The position numbers and the translations under genes are program-made. The notes under the pieces are model-generated. The model was not told the DNA's origin, did not search any database, and was given only the letters and a program-made list of their open reading frames with translations. A stretch of 64,000 bases of DNA, taken from positions 659 to 64,658 of the forward strand of contig JBCNUW010000001.1 in assembly GCA_039630575.1 (NCBI GenBank). The letters are read 5' to 3'. Within the stretch, counting starts at the first letter, position 1; every line of letters starts with the position of its first letter. Source of the stretch: Candidatus Hydrothermales bacterium. GTDB lineage: Bacteria > Hydrothermota > Hydrothermia > Hydrothermales > JAJRUZ01. Positions 1 to 9,452 of this stretch are shown in pieces.

Positions 1-640
1 GTTCTGGTTTAAGGATAATAAATGTTTCCAATCCCTCTAATCCTAATGAAGTGGGCTATTATGATACACCTGGCTGGACCTGGGATGTTTATCTTTCTGG
101 CAATTACATGTACGTTGCTGATGGAGGTTCTGGTTTAAGGATAATAAATGTTTCCAATCCCTCTAATCCTAATGAAGTGGGCTATTATGATACACCTGGC
201 TGGGCTTTTGGTGTTTATGTTTCTGGCGATTATGCGTATGTTGCTGATGAAGAAGCAGGTTTAAGGATAATAAATGTTTCTAATCCCTCAAATCCTAATG
301 AAATAGGCTATTATGATACACCTGGCCGGGCCTTTAGTATTTATGTTTCTGGCAATTATGCGTATGTTGCTGATGAAGAAGCAGGTTTAAGGATAATAAA
401 TGTATCTAATCCCTCAAATCCTAATGAAGTAAGCTATTATGATACACCTAGCTCTGCCTATGATGTTTATGTTTCTGGCGATTATGCGTATGTTGCTGAT
501 GAAGAAGCTGGTTTAAGGATAATAAATGTATCTAATCCCTCGAATCCTAATGAAGCAGGCTATTATGATACACCTGGCCGGACCGATGGCGTTTATGTCT
601 CTGATAGTTATGTGTATATTGCTGATGGCCCAACTGGTCT
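1..640 (+). repeat. Coding tandem repeat, 126-bp period, about 5 copies visible
   Basis: ggtttaaggataataaatgt recurs at a 126-nt spacing (unit starts 1, 127, 253, 379, 505). Confidence 0.95.
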
Positions 641-953
641 TCAGATTTATCAATTCCTTTTAGTAGATACAGAAGAAAATGCTTATTCAAGTATGGCAAA
701 TGTAAAGTTATTAAAGAATCCTGTTAAAGATAAAATTGAAGTTGAGCTAAATTTAGGGTATGAAAAGAAGGAACTTGTTATTGACCTTTATAATGTTCTT
801 GGTGAACGGGTTAAGACTTATAAGCTATTTGGATCTTATCATCGCAAAATCTATCTTAACATAGATAATATTCCTTCTGGGGTTTACTTTTTAAAGACAA
901 ATAGTAGAGAAGTTCCAAATTGGTTTAAGGTGGTGATTTCAAAAGGAGATTAG
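1..953 (+). CDS. LVIVD-repeat beta-propeller protein with T9SS-type C-terminal sorting domain (5' truncated by window edge)
   Basis: Frame is open from base 3. It has 42-aa repeats ([30 protein letters not shown]) and a C-terminal NPVKDKI...LYNVLGERV...IPSGVYFLK...KVVI motif typical of the Por secretion tail. Confidence 0.85.
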   Translation, partial: SGLRIINVSNPSNPNEVGYYDTPGWTWDVYLSGNYMYVADGGSGLRIINVSNPSNPNEVGYYDTPGWAFGVYVSGDYAYVADEEAGLRIINVSNPSNPNEIGYYDTPGRAFSIYVSGNYAYVADEEAGLRIINVSNPSNPNEVSYYDTPSSAYDVYVSGDYAYVADEEAGLRIINVSNPSNPNEAGYYDTPGRTDGVYVSDSYVYIADGPTGLQIYQFLLVDTEENAYSSMANVKLLKNPVKDKIEVELNLGYEKKELVIDLYNVLGERVKTYKLFGSYHRKIYLNIDNIPSGVYFLKTNSREVPNWFKVVISKGD

Positions 954-1087
954 ATGCAAACTGTTGGAATTAAATCATCGTTATTTTTAAATTGTTTTAT
1001 CAAAATTTTGTCCACTTTCTATCAAAAAATTAAATATGTAAATAAATAAAACTTAATTCCGATTTACTTTATCATGATTTAAAAAAA

Positions 1088-2227
1088 TTACTTTTTATTT
1101 TTAAACTTTTTATAAAAATTTTTGATAAGCTCAATATACTCATCTTCCATTTTCACATTTCTCCTTTCCATCATCTTCCTTGCAACCTCTATTGCTTTTT
1201 CAAGTTTATACTCTGTCCTAACATCATCACCCCACCACGTGAAAGGCTCTATAAGCCCCTTAAAGTTAAGACCACCATATAAGTTAACAAATGACATCAC
1301 TACAGTACCAGTCGATAACAAAGTACCTATACCAGTTTGAACATGATCCGAAATAAATGATCCAACTTTAATTTTTCCTGTATTCATAACCCTTCCATTT
1401 TCCAAAAATATTCTAACTTCTGAATAAGTATTCTTTAAATCACTTGTCGTAGTTAAAGCTCCAAGATTTACCCATTTACCAATAACTGAATTTCCTATAT
1501 AACCCTCATGAGCTTTATTTGAAAAACCATAAAATATCGTTGAATCAACTTCTCCTCCCAACCTTACAACATCCTTTATAAAAGAATTTTTTATAAATGC
1601 CCTAAAAAGCTTTACATCATTTCCTATAAAAACAGGACCCTTCAATGTAACAGGATGTAAAACCTCACTTAAATTCTCCATAACTATAGGACCTTCTACT
1701 GTGTCAAAGAAAAAATAACCAAATTTCTCTCCTTTTTTTATATAAACATTTTTACCTACTTTTTTATATTCCCTATCAAATCTTAAAACAGTTTCAACAA
1801 AATCAAAAACTGATGAAGGTAAATCATAAAAATTTTCAATATAAACTCCCTCCACCTCCTTAACATCTAAATTTCCATAATCTTCAAAGCAAAAGGGAGC
1901 CTTTATTATGCCATTTTTTATAAAAATCCCAACATTTTTTCCTTTACACTGCAAAAGACTTTCCTTTTTTAAATTAGGAATCCTATACGGAATAAATAGA
2001 CTATCAAAAACATAAGTTTCTTTATCTACTTTAAAAGTGTCATAAACATCTTTTGTAAATTTATTTAATTTAAATACTAACTCTTTTCTTACTACTATAT
2101 AAGGTTTATAAAATTTTATTATTTTTTCAAAAAGAGGATTAATCTCAAAGGTTGAATTTAAATCACTGAGAAAAAAAAAGTTTTTAATTCCTTTTTCTGT
2201 CTCTACAAAAACTAAGTTATCTGTCAA
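1088..2227 (-). CDS. GlmU-related sugar nucleotidyltransferase/acetyltransferase with left-handed beta-helix (alternative bacterial GlmU-like family)
   Basis: GGEVDSTIFYGFSNKAHEGYIGNSVIGKWVNLGALTTTSDLKNTY motif and hexapeptide repeats. The N-terminal domain is divergent. Confidence 0.75.
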   Translation of the reverse strand: MTDNLVFVETEKGIKNFFFLSDLNSTFEINPLFEKIIKFYKPYIVVRKELVFKLNKFTKDVYDTFKVDKETYVFDSLFIPYRIPNLKKESLLQCKGKNVGIFIKNGIIKAPFCFEDYGNLDVKEVEGVYIENFYDLPSSVFDFVETVLRFDREYKKVGKNVYIKKGEKFGYFFFDTVEGPIVMENLSEVLHPVTLKGPVFIGNDVKLFRAFIKNSFIKDVVRLGGEVDSTIFYGFSNKAHEGYIGNSVIGKWVNLGALTTTSDLKNTYSEVRIFLENGRVMNTGKIKVGSFISDHVQTGIGTLLSTGTVVMSFVNLYGGLNFKGLIEPFTWWGDDVRTEYKLEKAIEVARKMMERRNVKMEDEYIELIKNFYKKFKNKK

Positions 2228-2965
2228 TTAATCTTTTTTAAGAAAAGGCTTAACAAGTTCAAGTGGAACTGGAAGCACAATTGTTGAAGCTTTTTCTGTT
2301 GCAATTTCAGAAAGAGTCTGCAAAAACCTAAGCTGAATAGCAACTGGACTTTCCTCAATCTTTCTTGCAGCCTCTATAAGCCTCTGAGCTGCTTGAAATT
2401 CACCTTCAGCTGAGATAATTTTTGCTCTTCTTTCTCTCTCTGCTTCTGCTTGTCTTGCCATGGCTCTCTGCATTTCCTGAGGTAAATCTATATGCTTTAC
2501 CTCAACCATAGATACCTTTATACCCCAAGGATCAGTATGCTCATCTATTATCTGTTGGAGCCTTAGATTTATTTTTTCTCTTTCCGCGAGAAGCTCATCA
2601 AGTTCTGCCTGTCCACAAACACTTCTTAATGTTGTTTGTGCTAATTGACTTGTAGCATATAAAAAGTCCTCAACCTCAATTATCGCTTTTGATGGTTCTA
2701 CAACCCTAAAGTAAACAACAGCATTCACCTTTACTGAAACATTATCTTTAGTTATAACATCCTGTGGAGGAACATCCATTGTGATAGTTCTTAACGAAAC
2801 CTTTACCATTTTATCTATCACTGGTATAAGAATAATAAGTCCAGGACCTTTAACAGAATGAAACTTCCCAAGTCTAAAAATTACTCCTCTTTCATATTCT
2901 CTCAAAATTCTTATCATCGATGCTAAAAGAAAAATAACAAGTATCAAAAGATATAACCAAATCAT
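2228..2965 (-). CDS. Slipin/stomatin (SPFH, band 7) family protein
   Basis: N-terminal TM, then [37 protein letters not shown] and QLRFLQTL. It lies next to nfeD. Confidence 0.95.
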   Translation of the reverse strand: MIWLYLLILVIFLLASMIRILREYERGVIFRLGKFHSVKGPGLIILIPVIDKMVKVSLRTITMDVPPQDVITKDNVSVKVNAVVYFRVVEPSKAIIEVEDFLYATSQLAQTTLRSVCGQAELDELLAEREKINLRLQQIIDEHTDPWGIKVSMVEVKHIDLPQEMQRAMARQAEAERERRAKIISAEGEFQAAQRLIEAARKIEESPVAIQLRFLQTLSEIATEKASTIVLPVPLELVKPFLKKD

Positions 2966-3061
2966 AATTTTTCCCTTTCTTAATTTTTAGGGAATAGAAC
3001 CCATTTTAAATAAGTTTAAAAATTTTACCATGAATACCCCCTCCAAATAATTAATTCCAAA

Positions 3062-4315
3062 TTACCCTTCAGACTTATTTATAGGTCTTACTTTTAATTT
3101 AAGTCCATCAAACCCTGTAACTATTACTTCTTCATCTTTAAAAACATCCTCCTCAGCTATTGCCTTCCATATTTCGCCATGAATAAAGACTAAACCAATT
3201 TTACCTTTACTTATATCTTCCTTAGATTTTCCCCTTTCACCTATCATACCCTCTTTTCCCGACACAGGTGTTTTCCTCTGAGCCTGTAAAGCCTTAAGGA
3301 TAACAAAAAAGAAAAATAAGAGAGTAGTAACTATAACAGTTATTATTGCAAAGTTAGAAATTCTCAAAAAGGGAACATCAGTTTGAAAAAGCAAAAGCGA
3401 ACCTAATAACAAGGATAAAACACCTCCAATTCCTAAAATACCATGGGATTGAACCTTTATTTCAAGTAAAAACAAAATCATTGAAAGAAGAATCAAAAGA
3501 ACTCCAGCATAGTTAACAGGCAATGTTTGAAAAGAGTAGAAAGCAAGAATTAAACAGATAGCTCCTATAACTCCTGGAAATATAGCTCCAGGATGCGTAA
3601 TTTCAAAAAATAATCCATAAAAACCAAGTATAAGTAAAATATATGCAACTGTAGGATTTGAGATAATCATTAAAATTCTCTCTCTAAGTCCCATCTCAAT
3701 TTTCTTTATTTTTCTTTCCATAATTTCTATTTTTCTCATCTCTCCTTTTATTTCAACTTCAAATCCATTGACTTTTTCAATAAGAGAGTCTATTGATATG
3801 GCTACAACATCAATCACTTTTTTCTTAAGTGCTTCTTCTGAAGTAACAGATAAAGATTTTTTAACCATATTTTCAAGTATATCTACATTTCTTTTTCTTT
3901 TTGATCCTATACTTTTTATGTAGGCAATAGCATCATTAAGAGCTTTTTTTATCATAACAGAATCCACTTGGCTTTGAATTGCAACAGGATGAGCAGCACC
4001 TATGTTGGTTCCAGGTGACATTGCAGCTATATGAGCAGCAACTGTTATAAAAGCTCCTGCAGATGTTGCTCTTGCTCCAGGAGGAAAAACATAAACACAA
4101 ATAGGAACAGAACTTTCAAAGAATTTTTTAACAATAACCCTCATTGACTCATCGAGACCACCTGGTGTATCAAGCTGAAGTATAAACAAATCTACTTTTT
4201 CCCTTTCTGCTTTCTCTATGGTTTTTATTACAAATTCAGCTCCAGGAGGGTTTATTACCCCCTCATATTTAACAACATATATAAGCGAAAAAATTAATAA
4301 ACTAAACATTTGCAA
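3062..4315 (-). CDS. nfeD: NfeD membrane-bound ClpP-class serine protease
   Basis: LDTPGGL, ARATSAG and TNIGAAHPV motifs, a TM block, and a C-terminal OB fold (GEIWKA). Confidence 0.92.
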   Translation of the reverse strand: MQMFSLLIFSLIYVVKYEGVINPPGAEFVIKTIEKAEREKVDLFILQLDTPGGLDESMRVIVKKFFESSVPICVYVFPPGARATSAGAFITVAAHIAAMSPGTNIGAAHPVAIQSQVDSVMIKKALNDAIAYIKSIGSKRKRNVDILENMVKKSLSVTSEEALKKKVIDVVAISIDSLIEKVNGFEVEIKGEMRKIEIMERKIKKIEMGLRERILMIISNPTVAYILLILGFYGLFFEITHPGAIFPGVIGAICLILAFYSFQTLPVNYAGVLLILLSMILFLLEIKVQSHGILGIGGVLSLLLGSLLLFQTDVPFLRISNFAIITVIVTTLLFFFFVILKALQAQRKTPVSGKEGMIGERGKSKEDISKGKIGLVFIHGEIWKAIAEEDVFKDEEVIVTGFDGLKLKVRPINKSEG

Positions 4316-5315
4316 ACTTTTCCCATTTTACATATTCCTTTATTTTATCTATTACATCCTCTGTTTTTATGTTTTCAGCTTCTGCATAAAAGTTTAAAAT
4401 AATCCTGTGTCTTAAAACAGGCTCTAAAAGGTAATTTATGTCTTCAACTTCAACAGAAGGAATCCCCTTCAGTAGTGCTCTTGCCTTTGATCCTATAATT
4501 AAAAATTGCGATGCCCTTGGTCCTGCTCCATATCTAACATATTTTTTAATAAAATCAATTTCACTTGTTTCAGGTCGAGTCTCTCTAACAATTTTTACTG
4601 CATAATGTAATATAAATTCTGGAACTGGAATTCTTTTTACAAGCTCTTGTATCTCAATAATTTCCCTCTTTGTTAAAATTTTTTCATATTTAATCTCTTC
4701 TCTCTCAACAAGTTTTGCTATTTCAACCTCTTGTTCATGATTAGGATAACCTATTCTTATTTCAAACATAAACCTATCAAGCTGAGCTTCTGGTAAGGGA
4801 TATGTACCTTCCTGCTCTATAGGGTTCTGTGTAGCAAGAACCAAAAAGGGCTCATCAAGTTTATAGGTAATACCTGAAACAGTTACTCTTTTTTCTTGCA
4901 TTGCCTCAAGCAGAGCTGATTGTGTTTTTGGAGGTGTCCTATTTATCTCATCTGCAAGCAAACAATTAGTAAAAATTGGACCTTTGATGAATTTAAATTG
5001 TCTTTCTTTTGTCTCAGGGTTCTCGTAAATCATTTCTGTACCAGTAATATCTGAGGGCATTAAGTCTGGTGTAAATTGCACCCTTTTAAAATCAAGATCT
5101 AAGAGCATTGCAAGATTTTTAACTATTGTTGTTTTAGCAAGTCCAGGAACTCCAACAATTAAAGCATGCCCCTTTGCAATTAAAGCTATTAAAATCTGAT
5201 TTATTACCTCCTCTTGTCCTATTATACTCTTTGACAATTCATGTTTAACCCTATCAAATTTTTTCCTTATTTCTTCAAGTTCATTAATCATTTTTAAGTT
5301 TATATTATATAACAT
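4302..5315 (-). CDS. MoxR family AAA+ ATPase (true start possibly 5291)
   Basis: GVPGLAKT, RVQFTPDLMPSDITG, LADEINRTPPKTQSALLEAMQE and ATQNPIEQEGTYPLPEAQLDRF. Confidence 0.95.
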   Translation of the reverse strand: MLYNINLKMINELEEIRKKFDRVKHELSKSIIGQEEVINQILIALIAKGHALIVGVPGLAKTTIVKNLAMLLDLDFKRVQFTPDLMPSDITGTEMIYENPETKERQFKFIKGPIFTNCLLADEINRTPPKTQSALLEAMQEKRVTVSGITYKLDEPFLVLATQNPIEQEGTYPLPEAQLDRFMFEIRIGYPNHEQEVEIAKLVEREEIKYEKILTKREIIEIQELVKRIPVPEFILHYAVKIVRETRPETSEIDFIKKYVRYGAGPRASQFLIIGSKARALLKGIPSVEVEDINYLLEPVLRHRIILNFYAEAENIKTEDVIDKIKEYVKWEKFANV

Positions 5316-5732
5316 CTAAACATCAAAGATAAATCTTGTCTCATAAAAATTTCCTTTTTTTACTAAATAGTAATCATGATAGGTGATGGCTTTTACATCC
5401 TTTTTTAATTTGTGTTTTTTACTCTCAAACTTCTCACCTTTAAGTTCCAAAAAAACTTTTCTATTTTTAGTGAAAACCTTAATATCTTTCCAAATAAATC
5501 CCTCTGTTTCAAAAAAATAAAGTAGTTCTCTTAAAACGTCTATTATAATTAAACTTTCATCTTCTATTTTTATCTCAATATTTTTTTTCTCTTTTATTTC
5601 AACTGAATTAAGATCTATCATAGTTGATGAGAGTAAAAGAGAAGATTTTTCTATAAGATTGTCAAGACTCTTTGCCCTTACAATAAAACCAATATCTGCA
5701 GTATGATCTATTTCTATAATCTCTTCTTCCAT
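5316..5732 (-). CDS. Archease
   Basis: IDHTADIG at the N-terminus, KAITYH, and C-terminal FDV. Length is 138 aa. Confidence 0.9.
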   Translation of the reverse strand: MEEEIIEIDHTADIGFIVRAKSLDNLIEKSSLLLSSTMIDLNSVEIKEKKNIEIKIEDESLIIIDVLRELLYFFETEGFIWKDIKVFTKNRKVFLELKGEKFESKKHKLKKDVKAITYHDYYLVKKGNFYETRFIFDV

Positions 5733-8700
5733 TCCCCAAGTAAAAGTTTAGCAGAGCTCCTAATAGCTGCATTAGGATCATTTGTTAATTTCTCAATTAT
5801 TTCAACCCAATCGGGTAGTGGCTCAAAGTTTTTTAAAGCTCTTATCAGAAGAACTCTTATTTCAGGGGGTTTAGATTTTTTTGTTGAAAAGGGGCCTTCA
5901 GGTTTTAAAGCCTCAACAATTGCTTCTCCAACTGCATAATTTTCTTTAAAATTTGAAAGAACATATATTACTTCCTTTACAAGTGTAGGATCAGGCTCAG
6001 GAACAAATTTACCTTTCTTTTCAATAAACTTGATAAGCTCATTTAATAAGGATTCAATCTTATACTTTCCTATTAACTTAATCAGTTGAATTTTAAATGA
6101 AGTATTGCTGCTATTCATCAGATCCTCTATAATTTTAGTAGCCTCAGATGATTCTGAAATAATTATGGCTTCTAAAGCTTTTAACTTTATTGAATCTGAT
6201 CTATGTTCAAGAAAATTTCTAAGAATATCAATATCAACTTTTATATTTTCATCTATCAATGTTTCAAATAAAATTTCAAGAATCCTTTGAGGTATTTCCT
6301 TTTTAAGCTCACTATATATAAACTCTTCAGAACTTTTTACCCTTTCCTTCAGCATCTCTTTTAGAAGATCCGAAAGAAGAGGTTCTTTTTCAACTTTATC
6401 AATTAAAAAGGATATTGAGGTTCTTTCCATAATCCTTAAAAGGGCTCTTATTCTTATTAAATCTTCTTTCTTTCCTGCTTTTTTTAAATTAATGTATTTT
6501 TCAGATAATTTTTCAAGTATTTTACTTTCGATGTGTGGAAAATCAAATTTTACTATTATTTCAGTAAAATCCTGTATGTCTTCAAATTCACCCTTTTCAA
6601 TTTTATCCTCAATTTTGTTTATGAATAACTCTAAAAAATTTTTAATTATCTTTTCATCTTTTTCATTTTTGATTAATTTAAATGATTCTCTTAAAAGGAA
6701 ATCACCTTCGTATTCTAAGTAATTTTTTAGAACTTCAAGGGTTTTACCTTTTATTAATGTACTATAATCTGAAAGGTTTTGAATTAATTTTTTTAAAACC
6801 TCCTTCTTTTCTTCTGAACTCAAATTATCGAATATTTCTTTTAAAATCTTTTGATTTTCGTCCTTTAAAAGGTCTTCTCTCTCGCAACTTAAAATCTTCT
6901 TCTTTTCACTTTCAATAAGTTCTCTTCTCTCTGGCACGTATTTTATCAACTTTCTTATTTTAATAGTTTCTTCAACTTTTCCAGTACTCTCTGCCTCCTT
7001 TAGGGCTTTTTCAAGAGTCTCTCGAACTTTCATTGCTTCCTTTGACTCAAGTCTATAAAGTTCACTTAAAATTCTTTCATCTTCTGGAATTCCTGTGAAA
7101 AGAACACGCAAATCTTCCTCTTTTAGTTCCCTTATCAATTCTCTCAAACTACCCAGCCATTTTCTGTTTTCCTCAGGAAATTGTTTGATAAGATTGAGTG
7201 TCTCTTTTATCTTTTCTTCTATATTAACAGGTATTTTTTTAAAAATTTCTAATTCTTCACCGAGAGCAACATATACTTTTTGATTTATTAGGATATTTTT
7301 AAGCCTCTCAGTCTCTTCCAAATTTTCAACTCCACCCTTATTTTTAACTTCCGATGGTCTTTTTGATAAAATTTGTAAAAAGGTCTTAACATCATCATCA
7401 TCAATTTCATGGACAAAAGAGATTGACTGTATTTCAAATTCGTTTAAAATTTCAACAATTTTTTGAGCTGCAAGAAGTCTTTGATTTGGAAAAAGAATCC
7501 CATCAACTATAAGATTTCCTTCATGACTTGAAAGTGTTAATGATTTTCTCTTCTTTAAAAGAATGTTCATACTGTCTACAAATTTTTTAGTATTTTCGAA
7601 TACTATTTTTGAACTTTCAGGGTATATTCTGTATGATTCAATACAGCTGAAAAGTGCTATAAGATTTTCTGTAATTAAAGGAAAATCTTTAGCTTCTGGT
7701 ACAGGTGCAGCTGGAACCTCCCTCATCCGTAAAATTTTCCTTTTTTCCAAAATTTTCTTTATATCAGCCCTTTCCTCAAGTTTTTTTACAAATTCAGAAA
7801 GTTTAAGAGAAGCCTCAAAGGCTTCTTTGGTTTCTCCAGCAAGCTTTGAGTGAAATAAAAGGGATCCTAAAAGCACTTCCTCCGGTATTTCCTTTATTCT
7901 TTGCGCTATATCTATAATCCTTTTATGCATTTTTCTTTTAGAATCATCAGAGAGTTTATCATAAAGGAATCTTCTAAAGTTTTCATTTACAAAAGAATAA
8001 CTTTCCCTACCTAAATACTCTAATATATAAAGATTTACAGCTTTATCAGCAAGTTCTATAAACCTTCCCGGATTTATACCAACATATTTAGAAGCTATAT
8101 TTACTTTAAAGGATTTACCCAATACAGATAGTGATACTATAAAATTTCTGAGCTCTCTATCAACCGATTTAACCTTTTCAAAATAAATTTCTGTAATATT
8201 GTTTGGTTTATCTTCTGGTAATTCGTTTAATATGAACCTTGAATACTTAATAGAAATGAAATTTTTTAAAATTGCGTATCTTAAACATTCCTCAATCATA
8301 TTTGGAATTCCCTGTGAGATTTTATAAACCCAATCAATAAATTCTTCTTTTTCTTCAATTTCAGGGATGATTTTTTTAATATAAATTTTTATATTTTCTT
8401 TGTTTAAACTTGATAACTTTAATTCTTTGTTTTTCCAGTCAACAGATTCTGTCCCTGCTGAAAGAATTGATTTAAATTCCTTTGATAATGAAATAAAGAT
8501 TTCCCTTGAGTATCTATCAATGTAATCAGTATCATCAAGTATGATAAAGTCAATTTCCTTTCTGTTGATTAAATCATTTAAAAGAGAAGGAATTTCATCA
8601 TGTTTTTTTTCAAAAACTTCGCATAGAGAGGAAAAAGGGACATCTTTAAGCTCCTCCTTAAAAGTTACTTTTATAAATTTTTTATTTTCTTTAATAAGCT

Positions 8701-9376
8701 CATCAATAAAAAATGAAATTAACCTTGTTTTACCAATCCCATGCACTCCTTTTAAATGTAGCGGTGGTTCACCCCTTTTGATAAATTCCCTTAAACTTTC
8801 TATTTCTTTTTCTCTATTAACAAGTTCAGAAGGGGTGCACTTTTCTCTTAAAAATTTTTCCTTTTTAATTTCCTCTTCAACTTCATTATAGAAGCGGTAT
8901 TGAAATTTTCCCTTTCTTTTTCCAAAATAAAGAGCTGAATCGGATTTCTCAAAAAGCTCCTTTACAGAAAAACCCTCTTCAGGGAAGATTGAAATACCAA
9001 TACTTGCTCCAAGTCTTATTTTTTCCCTTAAATTAGGTGCTTGGTAATCTTTAATTTTTTCTAAGAAATTTCTACACTTTTCTTCAATTTTGTTTTTTTC
9101 CTTAATGTTGCTTATTACAACAAACTCATCACCTGCATACCTTAAAAGCTCGTTTTCACCAGGATCAAAGATAGAATTTAGAAATTTTGAAACAGCTTTT
9201 AATACCTCATCGCCTGTAAGATGACCATATCTATCGTTTATTTCTTTAAAATTATCAAGATCAATAAGCAAGAAACTTCCACTTTTGAAGCTTTCTATTA
9301 TATTTTCCCCTTTTTCAAAAAGATATCTCCTATTCTTTAATCTAGTTAATTCGTCGATATAAATTTCTGCTATCAT
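5714..9376 (-). CDS. Diguanylate cyclase (GGDEF) - STAND/AAA NTPase - HEAT-repeat multidomain protein
   Basis: DELTRLKNRR, IDLDNFKEINDRYGHLTGD and RYAGDEF; Walker A GVHGIGKT, Walker B IILDD and GIP motif; helical/HEAT-like C-terminus (DPNAAIRSSAKLLL). Confidence 0.8.
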   Translation of the reverse strand: MIAEIYIDELTRLKNRRYLFEKGENIIESFKSGSFLLIDLDNFKEINDRYGHLTGDEVLKAVSKFLNSIFDPGENELLRYAGDEFVVISNIKEKNKIEEKCRNFLEKIKDYQAPNLREKIRLGASIGISIFPEEGFSVKELFEKSDSALYFGKRKGKFQYRFYNEVEEEIKKEKFLREKCTPSELVNREKEIESLREFIKRGEPPLHLKGVHGIGKTRLISFFIDELIKENKKFIKVTFKEELKDVPFSSLCEVFEKKHDEIPSLLNDLINRKEIDFIILDDTDYIDRYSREIFISLSKEFKSILSAGTESVDWKNKELKLSSLNKENIKIYIKKIIPEIEEKEEFIDWVYKISQGIPNMIEECLRYAILKNFISIKYSRFILNELPEDKPNNITEIYFEKVKSVDRELRNFIVSLSVLGKSFKVNIASKYVGINPGRFIELADKAVNLYILEYLGRESYSFVNENFRRFLYDKLSDDSKRKMHKRIIDIAQRIKEIPEEVLLGSLLFHSKLAGETKEAFEASLKLSEFVKKLEERADIKKILEKRKILRMREVPAAPVPEAKDFPLITENLIALFSCIESYRIYPESSKIVFENTKKFVDSMNILLKKRKSLTLSSHEGNLIVDGILFPNQRLLAAQKIVEILNEFEIQSISFVHEIDDDDVKTFLQILSKRPSEVKNKGGVENLEETERLKNILINQKVYVALGEELEIFKKIPVNIEEKIKETLNLIKQFPEENRKWLGSLRELIRELKEEDLRVLFTGIPEDERILSELYRLESKEAMKVRETLEKALKEAESTGKVEETIKIRKLIKYVPERRELIESEKKKILSCEREDLLKDENQKILKEIFDNLSSEEKKEVLKKLIQNLSDYSTLIKGKTLEVLKNYLEYEGDFLLRESFKLIKNEKDEKIIKNFLELFINKIEDKIEKGEFEDIQDFTEIIVKFDFPHIESKILEKLSEKYINLKKAGKKEDLIRIRALLRIMERTSISFLIDKVEKEPLLSDLLKEMLKERVKSSEEFIYSELKKEIPQRILEILFETLIDENIKVDIDILRNFLEHRSDSIKLKALEAIIISESSEATKIIEDLMNSSNTSFKIQLIKLIGKYKIESLLNELIKFIEKKGKFVPEPDPTLVKEVIYVLSNFKENYAVGEAIVEALKPEGPFSTKKSKPPEIRVLLIRALKNFEPLPDWVEIIEKLTNDPNAAIRSSAKLLLGEWKKRL

Positions 9377-9452
9377 TTTCTTATAATTTTAATTTTAAAT
9401 AATTTTTTCAATAAAATCAAAGGTTCGATTCCTTGTTGGTTAAAAAAGGAAT

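Noticed and set aside
1..640. CRISPR array or DGR template/variable repeat
   Set aside because: The repeats are in-frame 126-bp coding units without unique spacers. The differences are not adenine-specific, and no cas or reverse transcriptase gene is present.
954..1049. 31-codon ORF (MQTVGIKSS...) after an AAGGAG
   Set aside because: The SD-like sequence is part of the upstream gene's last codons and the peptide has no recognisable features, so it is probably chance.
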